Assembly: GCF_008831285.2 (NCBI RefSeq)
Contig: NC_045138.2
Location: 36,890,001 to 36,954,000, forward strand
DNA: 64,000 nucleotides
Reading direction: 5' to 3'
Origin: Nymphaea colorata
Lineage: Eukaryota
The translations under genes and the position numbers were made by a program. The notes beneath the pieces were generated by a model that saw nothing but the letters and a program-made list of their open reading frames with translations, was not told where the DNA came from and searched no databases. Each line of letters starts with the position of its first letter. Position 1 is the first letter of the stretch. Below, piece by piece: positions 13,101 to 26,224 of the stretch.

Positions 13101-14412
13101 ATATGATAATTGTACACAGGGATTTCTTTGTAGTTCTGACTACCTTTAATGGAGGTAGCCATTTCTATTGTGCCTTTTATGTAAAAGTGTCATTGTAATT
13201 TATGCCTGCATTTGCTTCTGGTGGTTCTTGATTTGTCCTTTCCCTTGTTCAGGCTTCAGAGGATGCAAAAAAGATGGTTGAAGAGGCAAGAGCAGTTGCT
13301 CAGGCAGAAATTGAAAGCGCTAGAGAGGCAGTGCATCGCATTGAACAAGCATTTTCGGAACAGGAAAAGGTGTTACAAGCTTCTGAAAAGCAGGTTAGTC
13401 TGCAGCTGTCCATTTATTGGGAGTTACACACACACCTTGGAGTTTCCTTTTGTTTCTTTACTTTCTATATTTTATCTGCTATGTGGACCAATCTTTACAA
13501 TTCCCTTTTAAGGGCCTAGAACTTCAAGAAATCAAAAAGTCAAAATGGTACTTCATCAAATGGCATGATCTTATCCTACAGTATAAGAAGATTATGAGCT
13601 AGAGAATGCAAATCCTTCTAATGTAAAGAACATAGTACAGAAGCATGGATGTCACCAGCTGTACACTGATGTCATCTGGGGGAAGTTCAAAGATTATGTT
13701 GGATACCGAAAATTGTGGACTTGATTCATATCACATCATACATGTCTGAGATGCTTATGTTCTCAAATTGATGCCATTGTCATACTGTTTTAATGTTTAT
13801 AATTGCAGGATCTGAATGAGTTGATGAAGGAGGTTCAAGAGGCAAGGAGAATAAAAATGTTGCATCAGCCAAGTAAGGTATGGTGCATATTACTGGGTAT
13901 TGTTGGTTACTTGGTTAATATTGCTGTACTAATTTTTCTCACTCACCTGTATCAAAAGTCTGTTAATTTTATTTGAAAATGGAAGGTATGTTATTGTTAT
14001 ATATGTAAAGACTAAAGAGATGTATATCCCAGATGTCTTAGGTCAGGGATTAAAAACTAGACTTACCTGTAATAAATTATTGATGCATTATTTGTGCAAT
14101 CTGACCTTATAAATATAATCTTAAGAGTGGTTAGATAGGAAGCACATGTTAAATAATCATTTTTTTGGGTTTTAAATGACTTGCTGTAATTATAAATAAA
14201 TTAACGTCTCCTACAACACTAAAATTCTGGCAGTAGAAAGGTTAATATCTTAGATGTAAACAAGCTGAACTTACAACATTTTATATTGGAGTAAATCATA
14301 GACATATAAGCATGTTGATTTTTTGTTTAAAATATTTTTTAAACATGAATTTATGTGGTCTGGCTTTTTTCCTCGACCCTAAGTCGTTTGGGATATAGAC
14401 ATTCCTCCCTCC

Positions 14413-14476
<64 letters not shown>

Positions 14477-17400
14477 ACAAAGAAATGCGTGTGCACGCAC
14501 ATGTGCACACATATTACAGAATTGTTCTTTAGAGAGACTGGGATTGGCTTAAATGGGCTAAGTGTAGTTATATGCTGAGCGGTCCCACATTTAGCTCTTT
14601 GTTTCACTGATGGTTTGCCAGTACCTATTGCAACTTTCATGGGTTGCCTTCTCTTTCATTTTTGTTCACTCTATTCATTTCATGCAAGTTCATGCATGTC
14701 ATATATATATTTTTTAATGTTTTTTGCTGCTTTTACTCATTACTGTGAGTATTGGTTCTGAAGGAGACTGGGGCTTCCTGGAAATGTATTTTACTAGAAA
14801 ACTTGTTTTCACTCATTAATGTAGACTGGGGCTTCCTGGAAATGTATTTACTAGAAAACTTGCTTTATTTGAGATATGACCGCTCACCAACATTATTCCA
14901 TGACCGGTTAGGTAATGGATATGGAACATGAGCTCCAGGCCTTGCGGATTCAACTAGCAGAAAAGTCGTTGTACTCCTTGCAACTACTCAAAGAGGTTGG
15001 CTACCCTTTCGCTCTTTGTTATACAAAGTAGTTTTGGTATGTCTCATGCAATGTATGTTTGGCTTAAATGTTGCCTACAGTGAACTAAGGGCCTAGTGGA
15101 AATTAAGGTGTGAACTTTATAAGTAGTCATGGAGTCGTTAAAGTCAGAAGTTTGGAATTATAGCTGATGAAGAAGACTATTAACCCTGTCTATGGTGATG
15201 GTTTTTAGGTAAAGAAAGGCAATAAAAAAACTCTTTTGTCCTATATATTTTTCAATATAGAAGCTTGTCCTTCATTTTATTTATTTATTTTTGCAATGAA
15301 GATTTTTTGGCTGTGAGTAAGCATTTGTATGATTGTTGGTATTGGCCGTTATGAGCATGCCTCCAAAGGCATTCTGGCAGATATTTTGGTTTGTCTTACC
15401 TTTTCATTTCTTTGTTGTGTATAAAGTCAACCTCTGTCAGCAATAGTCTGATTATTTCTTCTTCATTTTTTATTTTTTCTTTTTGCTATGCAGTGCATGC
15501 TGCCCTATAGTATGAACATTGATTTTATACCTTTGAGTGATCTTTATTTCTTGCGGTTTTCTTGAGGCTAATTCAAATTTTTGTTCTTCACAGCGTAAGG
15601 AATCCTTTTGAAAATTTGCAGGTTTCAGGCAGGGTTGTTAAATTATTTTTATATTTATTTTTTTGCTTGTTTTGGTTAATTTTACTCATGTCGTCATTAT
15701 CATTCCCAGATACTGAACAGTAAATTGTGATCTTAATCAGATAGCAAGTTTCAGATGGACATTGTTTTGTTTCACCTCATATCCAATTATAGTAAGACAC
15801 GTATTTTGATTTATTACTTCTTTTTTTCTGTGACTTGTTCTGCAGTTATCAGTCAGTAAAAAACTTGGGGAGAAGAAACCTCAGTTGTTTGAGTTAGATG
15901 GCCCTGAATCTTTAGGTTCATGTTTGCGGATTGTCGGTTGCGTGGATGATGCTCCTGATCTCTCAGAACATGATATTCAGTGGTATCGGGTTTCACCTGA
16001 AGATGGAAAAAAGGAAATGATCTCAGGTGAGTAATTTTATTCTTTCATATGCTTGAAGATAATGTGGCATTTTTACAAAGAATTTGAGGAAACTGGTATC
16101 CCTGGTTGTCCTCCCAATTTTTATCATGATAACAAATGCAAAATAAAAATTTAAGATTGCCATGTCATTAAAGCTATGAATTGGAACAAAGTAACTGGGA
16201 AATATATTAAAGTAGTTTGAAAATATGGAGAATGCTAAATATGTTCTTGGCTATTTTCTGTTTTTCTGCATTTGAGTAGTTCTGCGACCTTGTTTACATT
16301 GCTACAGAAAGTTTATCCTCCATGCCTGTCCATTCCTTGTTTATTTCCATTATTTTTAACTTTTCAAAGCATTGAGATATTCTGATATTTACCAATGAAG
16401 CTTTACCTGTGAACCTTTAATATCACAATATCTTGCTTTGTAGGGGTATATAAAGTACCGTAGCCAGTTCATTTCTTAACTCAAACTCGACTCTTACCCG
16501 AGCAAGTTCGAGTCGAGCCCAAGTTGGCTAGACTCGTTCAACATCCTTAACCGTTGCTTCTGAAATATGCTCTTGAGACAGTCACTGGTTACGACTTTAG
16601 CATGACTTGTTATTTGTGGCTCCTCAATGTGTTTTTTCTTATTTTTTGTGGATTTGGTGAATTTCTGTCAAAAGGTATATGGAAAACCATTGCTTGTGAA
16701 ATATGCTGTTGTGACAATTACTAATTTTGACTTCAGCATGATTGTTATTTGTAGTCCCTTGTGTCTTTTCTTATTTGTCATGAATATGGTGAATGTCTCT
16801 TAAAGAAAGTTGTTCTGTAAATCTCCCAGCATAATCAGTTTTGTAAATCTCCCAGCGTAATCAGTTTTAAGATTTCTTCAGATATATTTGTTTGTCATGT
16901 TGCCTAACAAGATTAACAATGCACAAGCATGAAGCATGGAAGTGAAAATGGTTGATATTTTAAAGTCAGATCACGTTTCCCATTGATAATGGAAATTATG
17001 CATTTTTTAATTCGTTTTGCTATTTGACACTCATTTGTTGATATAGATTTCAATTTTGTTTATATCTCGCTTCTAATGCAGGTGCCAGCAAGTCCATTTA
17101 TGCTCCAGAGCCTTTTGATGTTGGCCGACAGTTGCAGGCGGAAATTGTTTTGCCAGGGCAAACGGTTGCAGTGACAACTATTGGCCCTATAGATCCTGGT
17201 TCGTGTTCAAGCTCCTGTAATGCTGTGACTGATAACATGTTCTTGTGGTTTCAATTCTGAAACCATAATCCATTTCTTTTGCAAACCACAGTTTTCATAG
17301 AACATTGTATTGGAAAACAGTGTTTGGCTGCTTAATGCAGTGTTTTCAACTCTGGACCCTAGCGCTGGTTTTTTGTGAAAGCCATGCAATTATCCACCAT

Positions 17401-19639
17401 GAAGACCCAAGAAATCGTAATTCACATTTCCAGAGCTTAGTTTGCAACCTTGCCCTAAATTGCATTCATGTCATTGACAGGGCACTGACATCAACTTCGT
17501 TATTGTTGTTTATAGGTTGTTTACATTATCGTGTTATATAAGGATTCTAATGTATATCTGCATGGTGAATATGGCTTCTTTCAGCTATAATTCACAAATT
17601 AAGTGTGTTCTGTTAGCATTTTCATAGTGAAAATGACCATCAGTCATTTTATTGTTACAGCTGCTGGATTGGGCAACTATGTGGAGGCACTCGTTAGAAA
17701 AGCTGAAGCGGAGTTCAATGTATATCTCTTACCTGACTTCTTTCCGTAAATCAAAGTTTTCTTTTGGAACATGCACTGTTTCAGTCAATGTTATAAGAGG
17801 CGTAGTGTATCGCGTATCGGTCGGGCCGACCTATACGCCGTATCACAAACGTAGCGTAGCGTATCGTAAAATTAATTTTTTTATTTTTAAAGAATATTTA
17901 AAAATCAAAAAAATATAAAAAAATCTGAAAAAATGAACAAAAAATCAGAAATCAAGAAAAATGCATTCAAATATAAAAAAGATCATCATACATAAGGAAC
18001 ATTCATGTGTATCAACAACACATTAAAAAATAAGAAATCAGATATTCAAAATAACATAATAAGCATCCATCACAATTTTAAACTTGAAAATTTTATAGTC
18101 TCTTAAGACGGAGAGTCTTAGGACTTGGAGTTTTAGGACTTAGATTACATCACAATTTTATAAGTTTAAAACAGATAATTATCATCTTTCATGATTCAAC
18201 TATAATATCTTTCAAATCGATGAATCCTTGGTTATTTTTTATGAAAATGGGCAAAATCTCTCCCTCGTACCGTCTTACATCTATTGGAGTCTTTAAATAC
18301 AAGAGAGAGAGAGGGAGGAGTGTTTAAAATTTAAAAACAAAGAATTTTGTGTTTTAGCCCGTATCGTACGATACGGGCGATACGCTTACGATACACGAGC
18401 GTATCGTGTATTGTAAGTGTATGTATAAGTTTTCTAAACCTATACGATACGTGCGTATCGTGCGATACAGATAACATTGGTTTCAGTCGTATATGTTAAT
18501 TCTTGTGAACTCCTCTGAAGATTAATTTTAACTGTTACAACCTGGTGCTCCTTTTTGCCTAACAAAGCAAGCATAGGTTGCACACATACACATTTGTGGA
18601 AAAACCACACGTTCTGATAGTATTATTGGTACTGTTATGACGCAGTCATTGTGGTTGTATATTGATCTATCTTATTGCAGGTTGTCATCATTCAGGTGAA
18701 TGGGCTTGAACAATCGTCACATCCAATACATGTCTTCCATATAGGGAAAATGAAAATAAAGCTTTATAAAGGAAGAGCGATAAAGGCAAAGGAATCCTAT
18801 TCTTCTTCAATGCAGGTACTTTTCTGTAATTATAAATATGTTTCTTTTTAGAGAATTGCAACTCAGGACATGTGAAAATAATCTGAATGTCTGATAGTCT
18901 TCGTTCTGCTTGATATCTTGCTTGGGGTTATCTTTTTCTGATGATGCAAGTAACCAAATTCTGAGATGCGCTTGGATTTGCCAAGATTAGAGCTGCGTGT
19001 ATGCCATGCCCTGGTTTTTTTATGTGCTGCGGTGTAAAAGCCTTGGATCTTCTTCTCTTCCCTACCGGGAAACTTGATCCTTGCTCACATAAATATGGGC
19101 AACTTAACTGTACATGGGATTCTTATATGTACCCTGATGCTTCTTATATATGAGCTCGTTCAAATATCCAGGGTTGTTAAAGACCAGGGGGCCATAGGAT
19201 TAATATGGGATCATTTTTTTGTGTTCTTTGGGTTATTTACAATATAGTTTCTGTTAATCTGATTTGTTTTTGGAGGTTGGGTTGAATGCTGTCAGGTTAT
19301 TATTTGTGCTGGTGTTTCATTGATTTTTTTGTTAAATGTCTTTTTTGTTTAAATTATGTTGACTCGTGGATCATTTATCCTAGTATAGGTGGATCATTTA
19401 TTCTAGACTTCTAGTATAGACTGTTGAAGGCCCATCCTTGATTTTGGCATTGGAAGTACTAACATTTGATATGTTGACTCGTGGATCATTTATCCTAGTA
19501 TGGGTGGATCATTTATTCTAGTATAGACTGTTGAAGGCCCATCTTTGATTTTGGCATTGGAAGTACTAACATTTGATCTGTTTTTTGGTATTTTGGACTT
19601 TCCATTGAACTATCCGGATCTTCAGTTTTATGAACAGTT

Positions 19640-19688
<49 letters not shown>

Positions 19689-20159
19689 AAGGTTCATGAT
19701 TATGACAATAACTGCTAGCGTGTTTTTGCATGCAAGTTTGTGTCATTTTTTTTTTGTTCCGTAAAGGCAAATGAGAGGATCTTCTCTTTCGATGGTCCCT
19801 TAGATATGCGGAGTTAGAGGTGGTGGCAATGCTGCAGCACAGACGCTATTCTGGCAGGCAAAAAGAGGCCTTTCCTTTACGCTAGCCTTTGAATCAGCAA
19901 GAGAAAGGAATGCAGCAATCATGCTGGCCAGGAGGTTTGCGTTTGATTGTAATGTAAGTCTTTAACTTGTCTTTGTTGGGATCGCCAAGTTGGTTCACCT
20001 TTAGTCGTTTAGCCTCTAATGATTTGGTTTGGGCTATGTTTCTTTCTTAATGGCTATTAGGCTTATTTTAATAATTGATATTCTGAGTATAATTTTTTCA
20101 AATACTTATGTCAGATTATGCTTGGCGGGCCGGGTGACCGCGAACGGCAAGGGACATGA
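10168..20159 (+). CDS. SCAB: Stomatal closure-related actin-binding protein (SCAB family), about 492 aa, 12 coding exons
   Basis: Exons 10168-10443, 11119-11247, 12501-12593, 13253-13393, 13809-13877, 14912-14995, 15846-16026, 17082-17198, 17661-17719, 18681-18815, 19804-19953, 20115-20159; all GT-AG, total 1479 nt in frame. Motifs: actin-binding EQQKRLSVKDLASKFEKGL, coiled coil EVQEARRIKMLHQPSKVMDMEHEL, Ig-like YAPEPFDVGR, PH-like CGVRGGGNAAAQ...ERNAAIMLARRFAFDCN. Confidence 0.95.
14413..14468. repeat. Compound microsatellite (TC)n(TA)n
   Basis: Directly visible. Other SSRs occur near 1-41 (TAT), 6670-6693 (TA), 19646-19686 (CT), 20540-20570 (GT/GA), 29823-29863 (AT/GA), 56480-56507 (GA), 57949-57988 (CA/GA) and 59417-59444 (TG). 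Confidence 0.95.
14765..14862. repeat. Direct repeat, about 40 bp x2
   Basis: AGACTGGGGCTTCCTGGAAATGTATTT(T)ACTAGAAAACTTG at 14765 and 14823. Confidence 0.9.
16561..16805. repeat. Diverged tandem duplication, about 136 bp x2, in SCAB intron 7
   Basis: TGAAATATGCT.TTG.GACA...AGCATGA.TTGTTATTTGT...TTTTCTTATTT...TGGTGAAT at 16561 and 16697. Confidence 0.75.
17786..18479. mobile_element. Non-autonomous hAT-type element (MITE), 694 bp, in SCAB intron 9
   Basis: Terminal inverted repeats CAATGTTAT...ATAACATTG. Perfect 8-bp target-site duplication GTTTCAGT at 17778-17785 and 18480-18487. Subterminal CGTATCG/CGATACG motif clusters, A-rich non-coding interior. Confidence 0.92.
19355..19577. repeat. 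Tandem duplication, about 115 bp x2, in SCAB intron 10
   Basis: TATGTTGACTCGTGGATCATTTATCCTAGTAT...GGAAGTACTAACATTTGA at 19355 and 19470; the second copy lacks 8 nt. Confidence 0.92.
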
Positions 20160-20539
20160 CTCTGGAACCGGCCTGTCCTCTGTAATTTGTACTGTTGTAA
20201 GTATCCACACTCATTATTGAACCATTGGAGAGCTCATCAGAACTGCCAAGTCACGGCAATGTTGTAGAAGCTTCCTGACATCCATGTTGCCTCAGTTAAC
20301 ATCAAGGCATCCTTTTTACTTGCCTTTTTGTGATTGAAAGCAAAATCTGGTATATCTGCGGGTTTGCTGATTTGAGCCATGCCCCATTTGTGTATGCAAA
20401 TTTGAACAATGTATTTACGAGTCCTTCGCTGAGTGATTGGGGGTGCTGGATTGTAGTTATAGCTCATTATGTATTGGTTTTACTGTTTATTCTACTGAAT
20501 GGAAATTTAAGCAGTTTTGACAAAAGGCAAAAATTAGCA

Positions 20540-20570
<31 letters not shown>

Positions 20571-21903
20571 CTGAAAGGCAATGCGTAGCATTCAGAGAAA
20601 GCCTATGAGAAAGATTTCAAAAGGCCCCCCATTGCTAGCAATCAGATACCGAATGGTCGGAAGTGAACATGTATGCAAGTGCTTATAACATTTCAAAAAA
20701 TTGATGGCTTAAAAGGCAATTTTCTTCAGCGAAAAAAAAAAGAAAGTTTGGGCTCTTAACAAAATGATCATACGTCACATCTATACAGTTAAATTAAGCC
20801 AAAGCAACTTGAAATATCGGAATGTAAAAGGATATTGTGCATATTTTTCCCGACTGACTGTGCCATGGAGATCGAAAAGCTTGCCTGGTTCTGCCCGTAT
20901 ATCTCGCCAATCAGAGTAGGGAAGAAAAATTTGACTTGGAACTGCTTGTTTCATATGTCAATTGTGATCCACGCGACAGGTAGTTTATCCTGAAATCTCA
21001 GGAGGAACGTATGGGCAGATTTAAGAGGGAGAGGTGCAATCTCAACATAAGAAGAGCAAAACAAATGGCTTCTATTCCCATTGGGCATTATATTCTTGTA
21101 GCATGTAGGGTGGAGTTCAGTGAAGGGACACGAACTCGAAAGGGTAACCGGGGACTTCGGCTTTCACTTGGGCAGTGAAGTTTCGTTTTCCTTCACGAAA
21201 ACAGCTATTACTTTATTTCCAATTTGTCAGATTAACATTTGAAGTAATTTCTAAGCAGAAAACAGGAAACTGGAAAAGCCACGGTATGAATGTGGCACCT
21301 TTAATTTTCCGCTGTTAAGGTCTGTTTATATTTAATCAGGCTCTGGTGCTGTAGCCGGTTTTCCAACCTTATGCTCCCAGGTCCAAAGTCAACAAAAGAA
21401 TTGGATCGCTCGTTCAGGATCAAGTAACAGATCCCGAACGACCGGGTCCAAATTTCTTCCGTGCAACTTAACCGATCCAAACCAGATCTATTTGCAGTTT
21501 TAGTTAGAACCTAAGCAAGAACTGGGCCCCCATAGAGGGCTGGCTAATCCAGTAAACCCCTAGAGTACTGGGTTATGATCTGCCCATGGATCCGATCCGT
21601 TGGGAGTCTAATGAAGCGTACTGAAAAACTCCAACTATATGATGTTAGGGTACTTTTGTCAATTCACGTGAAAATCCCATCTGCCCCCTTTTGGTTTGGG
21701 GCTTACAATGGCCAGCTTACACCTCACACGACGTTTTCTCGAGAAACTGATGGGAGCAATTTAGTCATTTCCCCTGGTCGGAGGAAGGGTGTTTCTGGTC
21801 ATTTCGGATTAGAAGTCCAAAATCGTCAAGAATTTTGAAGAGGACGAGCGCTGGCCTGCCCTTTGACCGAGGCCCCCATTCGCCATTCAAAACAAAACTA
21901 ATC

Positions 21904-21982
21904 CCCAACGGCTCTTGTGAGCACGGCTGAAGGATTTCGACCGTTGCAACTCCCGAAAGAAGGAAAAAATTCGACCGTTGGA
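21904..21982. promoter_or_regulatory. Cluster of three MSA (M-phase-specific activator, MYB3R-binding) elements in the cyclin B promoter
   Basis: AACGG cores at 21907-21911 (CCCAACGGCT), 21941-21945 (minus, GCAACGGTC) and 21975-21979 (minus, TCCAACGGTC), 300-375 bp upstream of the cyclin ATG. Clustered MSA elements are the established G2/M signature of plant CYCB1 promoters. Confidence 0.8.
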
Positions 21983-22281
21983 CGCGTCCTTTGTTTCAAA
22001 CCATACTGTTAAGCGTCCCTCGTGTTTTTCATTATATTCGGGGCCACCACAAGAAGGAGGAAAAGAGAGAGGCAGAGGAAGAAAGAAAGAAGGAAAGAAT
22101 AGAGGAAAAGAAAGGAAAGATTGGTGAAAAGGGAGGAAGAGGAAAGAGGGGGCCATCGTCTTCTTCCTGGGCCTTCACTACGGCGGCATTCAACTGTGAT
22201 CGGGAGCCACAGGACCAACTCCGTTCTTTCATTTCGTCCGTTTTTTCATCCCTTGGAGCTGCGGTGTTTGGGCAAGACGCT

Positions 22282-25200
22282 ATGGCTCCAAAGGTTGCAG
22301 TCCCGCAAGCCAGAGGTGAGTCTTTCTCTCTTCTTCGTTGACCCTGTTTTCCGTTTTTTTTTTCCATTTTCCTGAGCCAGTTTCTTTGGTAGCTTAGTAA
22401 TATTCAGGTTTTAAACCATTTTGGTCCTTTTTCATCAACGTTCTTCTCTACTGTTCTGACGGTGTCTCTTTTGGAGTTGTACTGGTCTGTTATTGATCTT
22501 GGCCTTTCTTTTCTTGCTTCTTCGTCAAATTCTTAATTTCGGGAGAAACTCGATTGGTCGTTCTAGGATCACGCTAGAATTTCATGTTTCGTTAATATGG
22601 CATTAGTTTATCCATCGTCAATCCTCTTCATGAGCTTTTCGGGCGACATCTTGCTCTTGTTCCCTAGATGTTCGAATTTCAGAACCAATGTTCTCCGACA
22701 ATTCTGTTTTCAGAACAGTCTGTTCTTGTGATTTTCACCGCCATCGTTGTCCTTGCCATCTTTGCTATCTTTTAATCTTTCATTCGATTGTTTTGACATT
22801 TCACAATCTTCTCGTTTGTAGTTCTTAGTTCTTGAACTCGCTCGTAACTATAGATCTTCTTCTGTTCCTGCCGAAATACTGCATAGATTAGAGAAATCTT
22901 TTCTTATTGGGATCGTTTATGCAGGTGAACCGATAGTTGCTGGTAAGCAGAAACCTGCGGTTGCAGATGCAAAGAATCGCCGTGCTCTTGGGGACATCGG
23001 CAATGTGGTTGTTACTCGTTGTGTCGAAGGGTGAGTAGCGTTCTCAATGAATAATCACACTATTTTTTGTTCTCGATAGGAATTTTAATGACATTTGGTT
23101 TCTTTTTCTTTTTAACAGTAAACAACCTCAACCACAACTCTCACGCCCCATCACAAGGTGTGTTCTGCATTCCGCCAAAAGCTTCTCTAACATGTATCTC
23201 TTTCCTCCTTGGCACATGGTAATTAGTGGCTGATTTCTGATTCTTGCTTTGTTATCAGGAGCTTTGGTGCTCAACTTCTGGCAAACGCACAGGCAGCAGC
23301 AGCAACTAAGGTATGATCTGCCAATTCAGAAGAAATTTACATCACATTTCTGGCGCCATGGTCAAATGTATATGTTGGTTGGGGCAGAAAAATCCGGCAG
23401 CTGCGGCAGCACCAGTGGCTGATGTTGGAGTAAAGGCGGTTGCGAAGAAAGTTGGTGCCAAGGTGAAGGTGGAAACCGTGATCGAAATCAGCCCAGATAC
23501 GAATGAGGGCATCGAGGAAAAATCAGGAAACAGGAAAGCTTCAAGACAGGGTTCATCGAAGAAGAGAGCTCCCACTCTTACTAAGATCCTTACTGACAGA
23601 AGCAAGGTGCAGTTTTACACATTATGTTGCCCGTTTCTCAAGTGGGATTTAAACTCCTGGCCTCTTACCGTGTTACCATATTTTATTTGAAACAGTATGC
23701 TTGTGGAATAACTGAAAAATCCAAAGAAAAAGATCATAATATTGATTGCGGGGACGCGGATGATCAATTGGCAGTCGTGGAGTATGTTGATGACATATAC
23801 AAATTTTATCGACTTGCAGAGGTCAGTTTACTATGCATTCAGGTGGTTCAGGTTTTCTGGTGGTGGTGGTTTATTAAAAAATTATCTGTGTTCTTGTCCA
23901 GGCTTCATGTAAAATTCCTGACTATATGGACGCACAAACTGAACTGAATTCAAAGATGAGAGCCATCTTGGCCGACTGGCTGGTTGAAGTGCACTTAAGA
24001 TTCGAACTAATGCCTGAAACTCTCTACCTAACAATGCACATTATTGATCGATTCCTTTCGATCAGAGCTGTCCCAAGAAGAGATCTTCAGCTAGTTGGTG
24101 TAACGGCTATGCTCATTGCCTGTAAATACGAAGAGATTTGGGCCCCTGAGGTGATGAATTCATCCGCTTCCAGTGGAAGTCTCGTTCACTTATTGCATTG
24201 CATTTCTTTCAGGGAAATGAACTTCAGTTTTATTGCCCGTGCTAATTTGCAGGTCAATGATTTCGTATGCATATCAGATAGAGCATACACCAGAGATCAA
24301 ATATTGGTTATGGAAAAGACTATTCTGAATTACCTTGAGTGGAGTCTAACTGTTCCCACCCCTTATGTTTTCTTACTCAGATTTTTGAAGGCATCCACTT
24401 CTGATCAGCAGGTGAAGATTATAATGCAACCAGTTATTTTCTCTTCTTTTCTTTCCTTATTTGCCTGTTTCTCAGCACTCACTGTTTCTACTTTGTCAGC
24501 TTGACGCAAGAACAATGGAGCACCTGGTGTTCTTTTTTGCTGAACTAAGCTTGATTCAGTACTCCATGATAACTTACTGCCCGTCCATGATAGCAGCATC
24601 TGCCGTGTATGCCGCTCGACGCACGCTCAATGCAAGTTCTTCTTGGACGGAAGCTCTTAAAAAACATACCTCCTACTCAGAAGAGCAAGTAAAGTATGTA
24701 CACATCCACTGGGCAATATATAACCACTTACTTTCTCTTCTTTTTGAGCAAGCACACATGTCTGTGGTAAGTAGAGTCTAAAGTATGAGGCCAACAATTT
24801 CTTTCAAAATCGCACAAGGTTGGTAGTGAGTGGTTCCCTAGGCTCTTCTCCAGCAAAAGAAGACACAATTCTACGGGATCCCAATTTCAAAAATGTACAG
24901 GAACACAGAGCAAATATGACTGATAGGATAAAGAAATAATTGAAGTACATATGGTAAGGATTTTATTTTATTTTGGGTGGGTCCCCACGAAATTTCACTG
25001 CCCAAATCTGAGATCCAAGGTGCAGTGATCTTACTTTTATATACTCTGCCCTGTGGTGTAGTCTGCAGTACCAATGGATACTGCAGGCGAACCAAATGCC
25101 ATGGAGGGCGGCGAGTCCCAGTGGTCCCTACCTGTAATGTATGGGCTTTTTAGGGATAAGATATGACAAAGCCTTGGACAACTAGTTTTTACAAAAGAAG

Positions 25201-25699
25201 AAGTACTTGCAGAATGAATGCGCCATTAATGTATTCTAGCATCCTTGTATAGGGCGTCATTAATTGTACCTATTTTGGCTGTATGCGTTTGTCCAGTCCA
25301 CATCCCAATTGTACGTACTCTTTTTACAGACTTCTGTCTTTATGTCTACAGTTTATATTTCCCTGACATTTCTGTTCCACTTCATGTGAATATCATGTTC
25401 TGAATTATGAAGGTTGACTGAAGTGAAATTAATGGGTGTTGTCTGTTTGTGTCTTTTGCTTTTCTAGTGTTATCATGCAATATTGATTTCTAACATGCAT
25501 CATAAGAGTTGGTCTTGATGTCTGTGAGTTTTCCCCCTTCAACAGAGAGTGTGCAAGCCACATGGTGCACTTCCATTCAACTGCTGTAGGCAGCAAGCTT
25601 AAGGTTGTTCACAAGAAGTACTCGAGTGCCCAACTTGGGTCAGTTGCACTTCTTCCTCCAGCAGCCGAACTGCTCGCAGAGAGGAGGGCTACCTTCTGA
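22282..25699 (+). CDS. CYCB1: G2/mitotic-specific B1-type cyclin, about 443 aa, 10 exons
   Basis: Exons 22282-22315, 22925-23030, 23119-23157, 23259-23310, 23388-23606, 23696-23821, 23902-24150, 24253-24411, 24500-24693, 25546-25699 (1332 nt, in frame). Destruction box RRALGDIGN, CYCB1-typical RPITRSFGAQLLANAQ, cyclin box MRAILADWLVEVH...PETLYLT...LQLVGVTAMLIACKYEEIWAPEV. Confidence 0.95.
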
Positions 25700-25830
25700 T
25701 AGTCATTGTGGTTTCATCTGCTTCTCAGCAGCAGCAGCAGCAAATCTCTCTTGCAATTGAGAAGAGGGAAGGACGAGAGGTCGCTCACCTGTGTGACCCA
25801 TGTGTTGGATGATGTGTCTGCTATATATGT

Positions 25831-26213
25831 TTCTTTGTCACTTTCTGTTTGACATTTTGTAGTTACAATTCTCAAGAGTACATGAAACTAATGTGTTTCA
25901 AACTGAAACAAACTCATTTGGCATATGTTGGTTACTCGCTCCTCAAGAGTACATGAAGACATGAAATTTATGTGTTTCGAACACATTTGAATTGATTAAC
26001 TAAAATCTCACACACATAAATGTCTTCTTTGTCACTTTCAGTTTCACAATTTGTAGTTACTCATTTCTCAAGGGTACATGAAACTAATGTGTTTCAAACA
26101 GAAACAAACGAGTATTTGGCATATTATGTGTTTCAAACCCATTTAAATTGATTAACTAGGCGCTCTCACTCTCACTCTCTCTCTCTCTCTCTCTCTCTCA
26201 ACACATAAATGTG
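25831..26213. repeat. Diverged tandem duplication, about 194 bp x2, in the cyclin 3' region
   Basis: TTCTTTGTCACTTTC...GTACATGAAACTAATGTGTTTCAAAC...ATTGATTAACTA...ACACATAAATGT at 25831 and 26025. Confidence 0.85.
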
Positions 26214-26224
26214 GACAAGAACAC

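Noticed and set aside
16441..16549. TAGGGG...CATCCTTA fragment with ACTCG/CGAGT motifs, and similar GGATC-rich blocks at about 21400-21610, 30800-31030 and 47345-47763
   Set aside because: Probably decayed MITE remnants, but TIRs and TSDs are too degenerate to delimit reliably.
25062..25086. Short hairpin CTGCAGTA-CCAATGGA-TACTGCAG in cyclin intron 9
   Set aside because: An 8-bp stem is within chance expectation for 64 kb and too short for a miRNA precursor.
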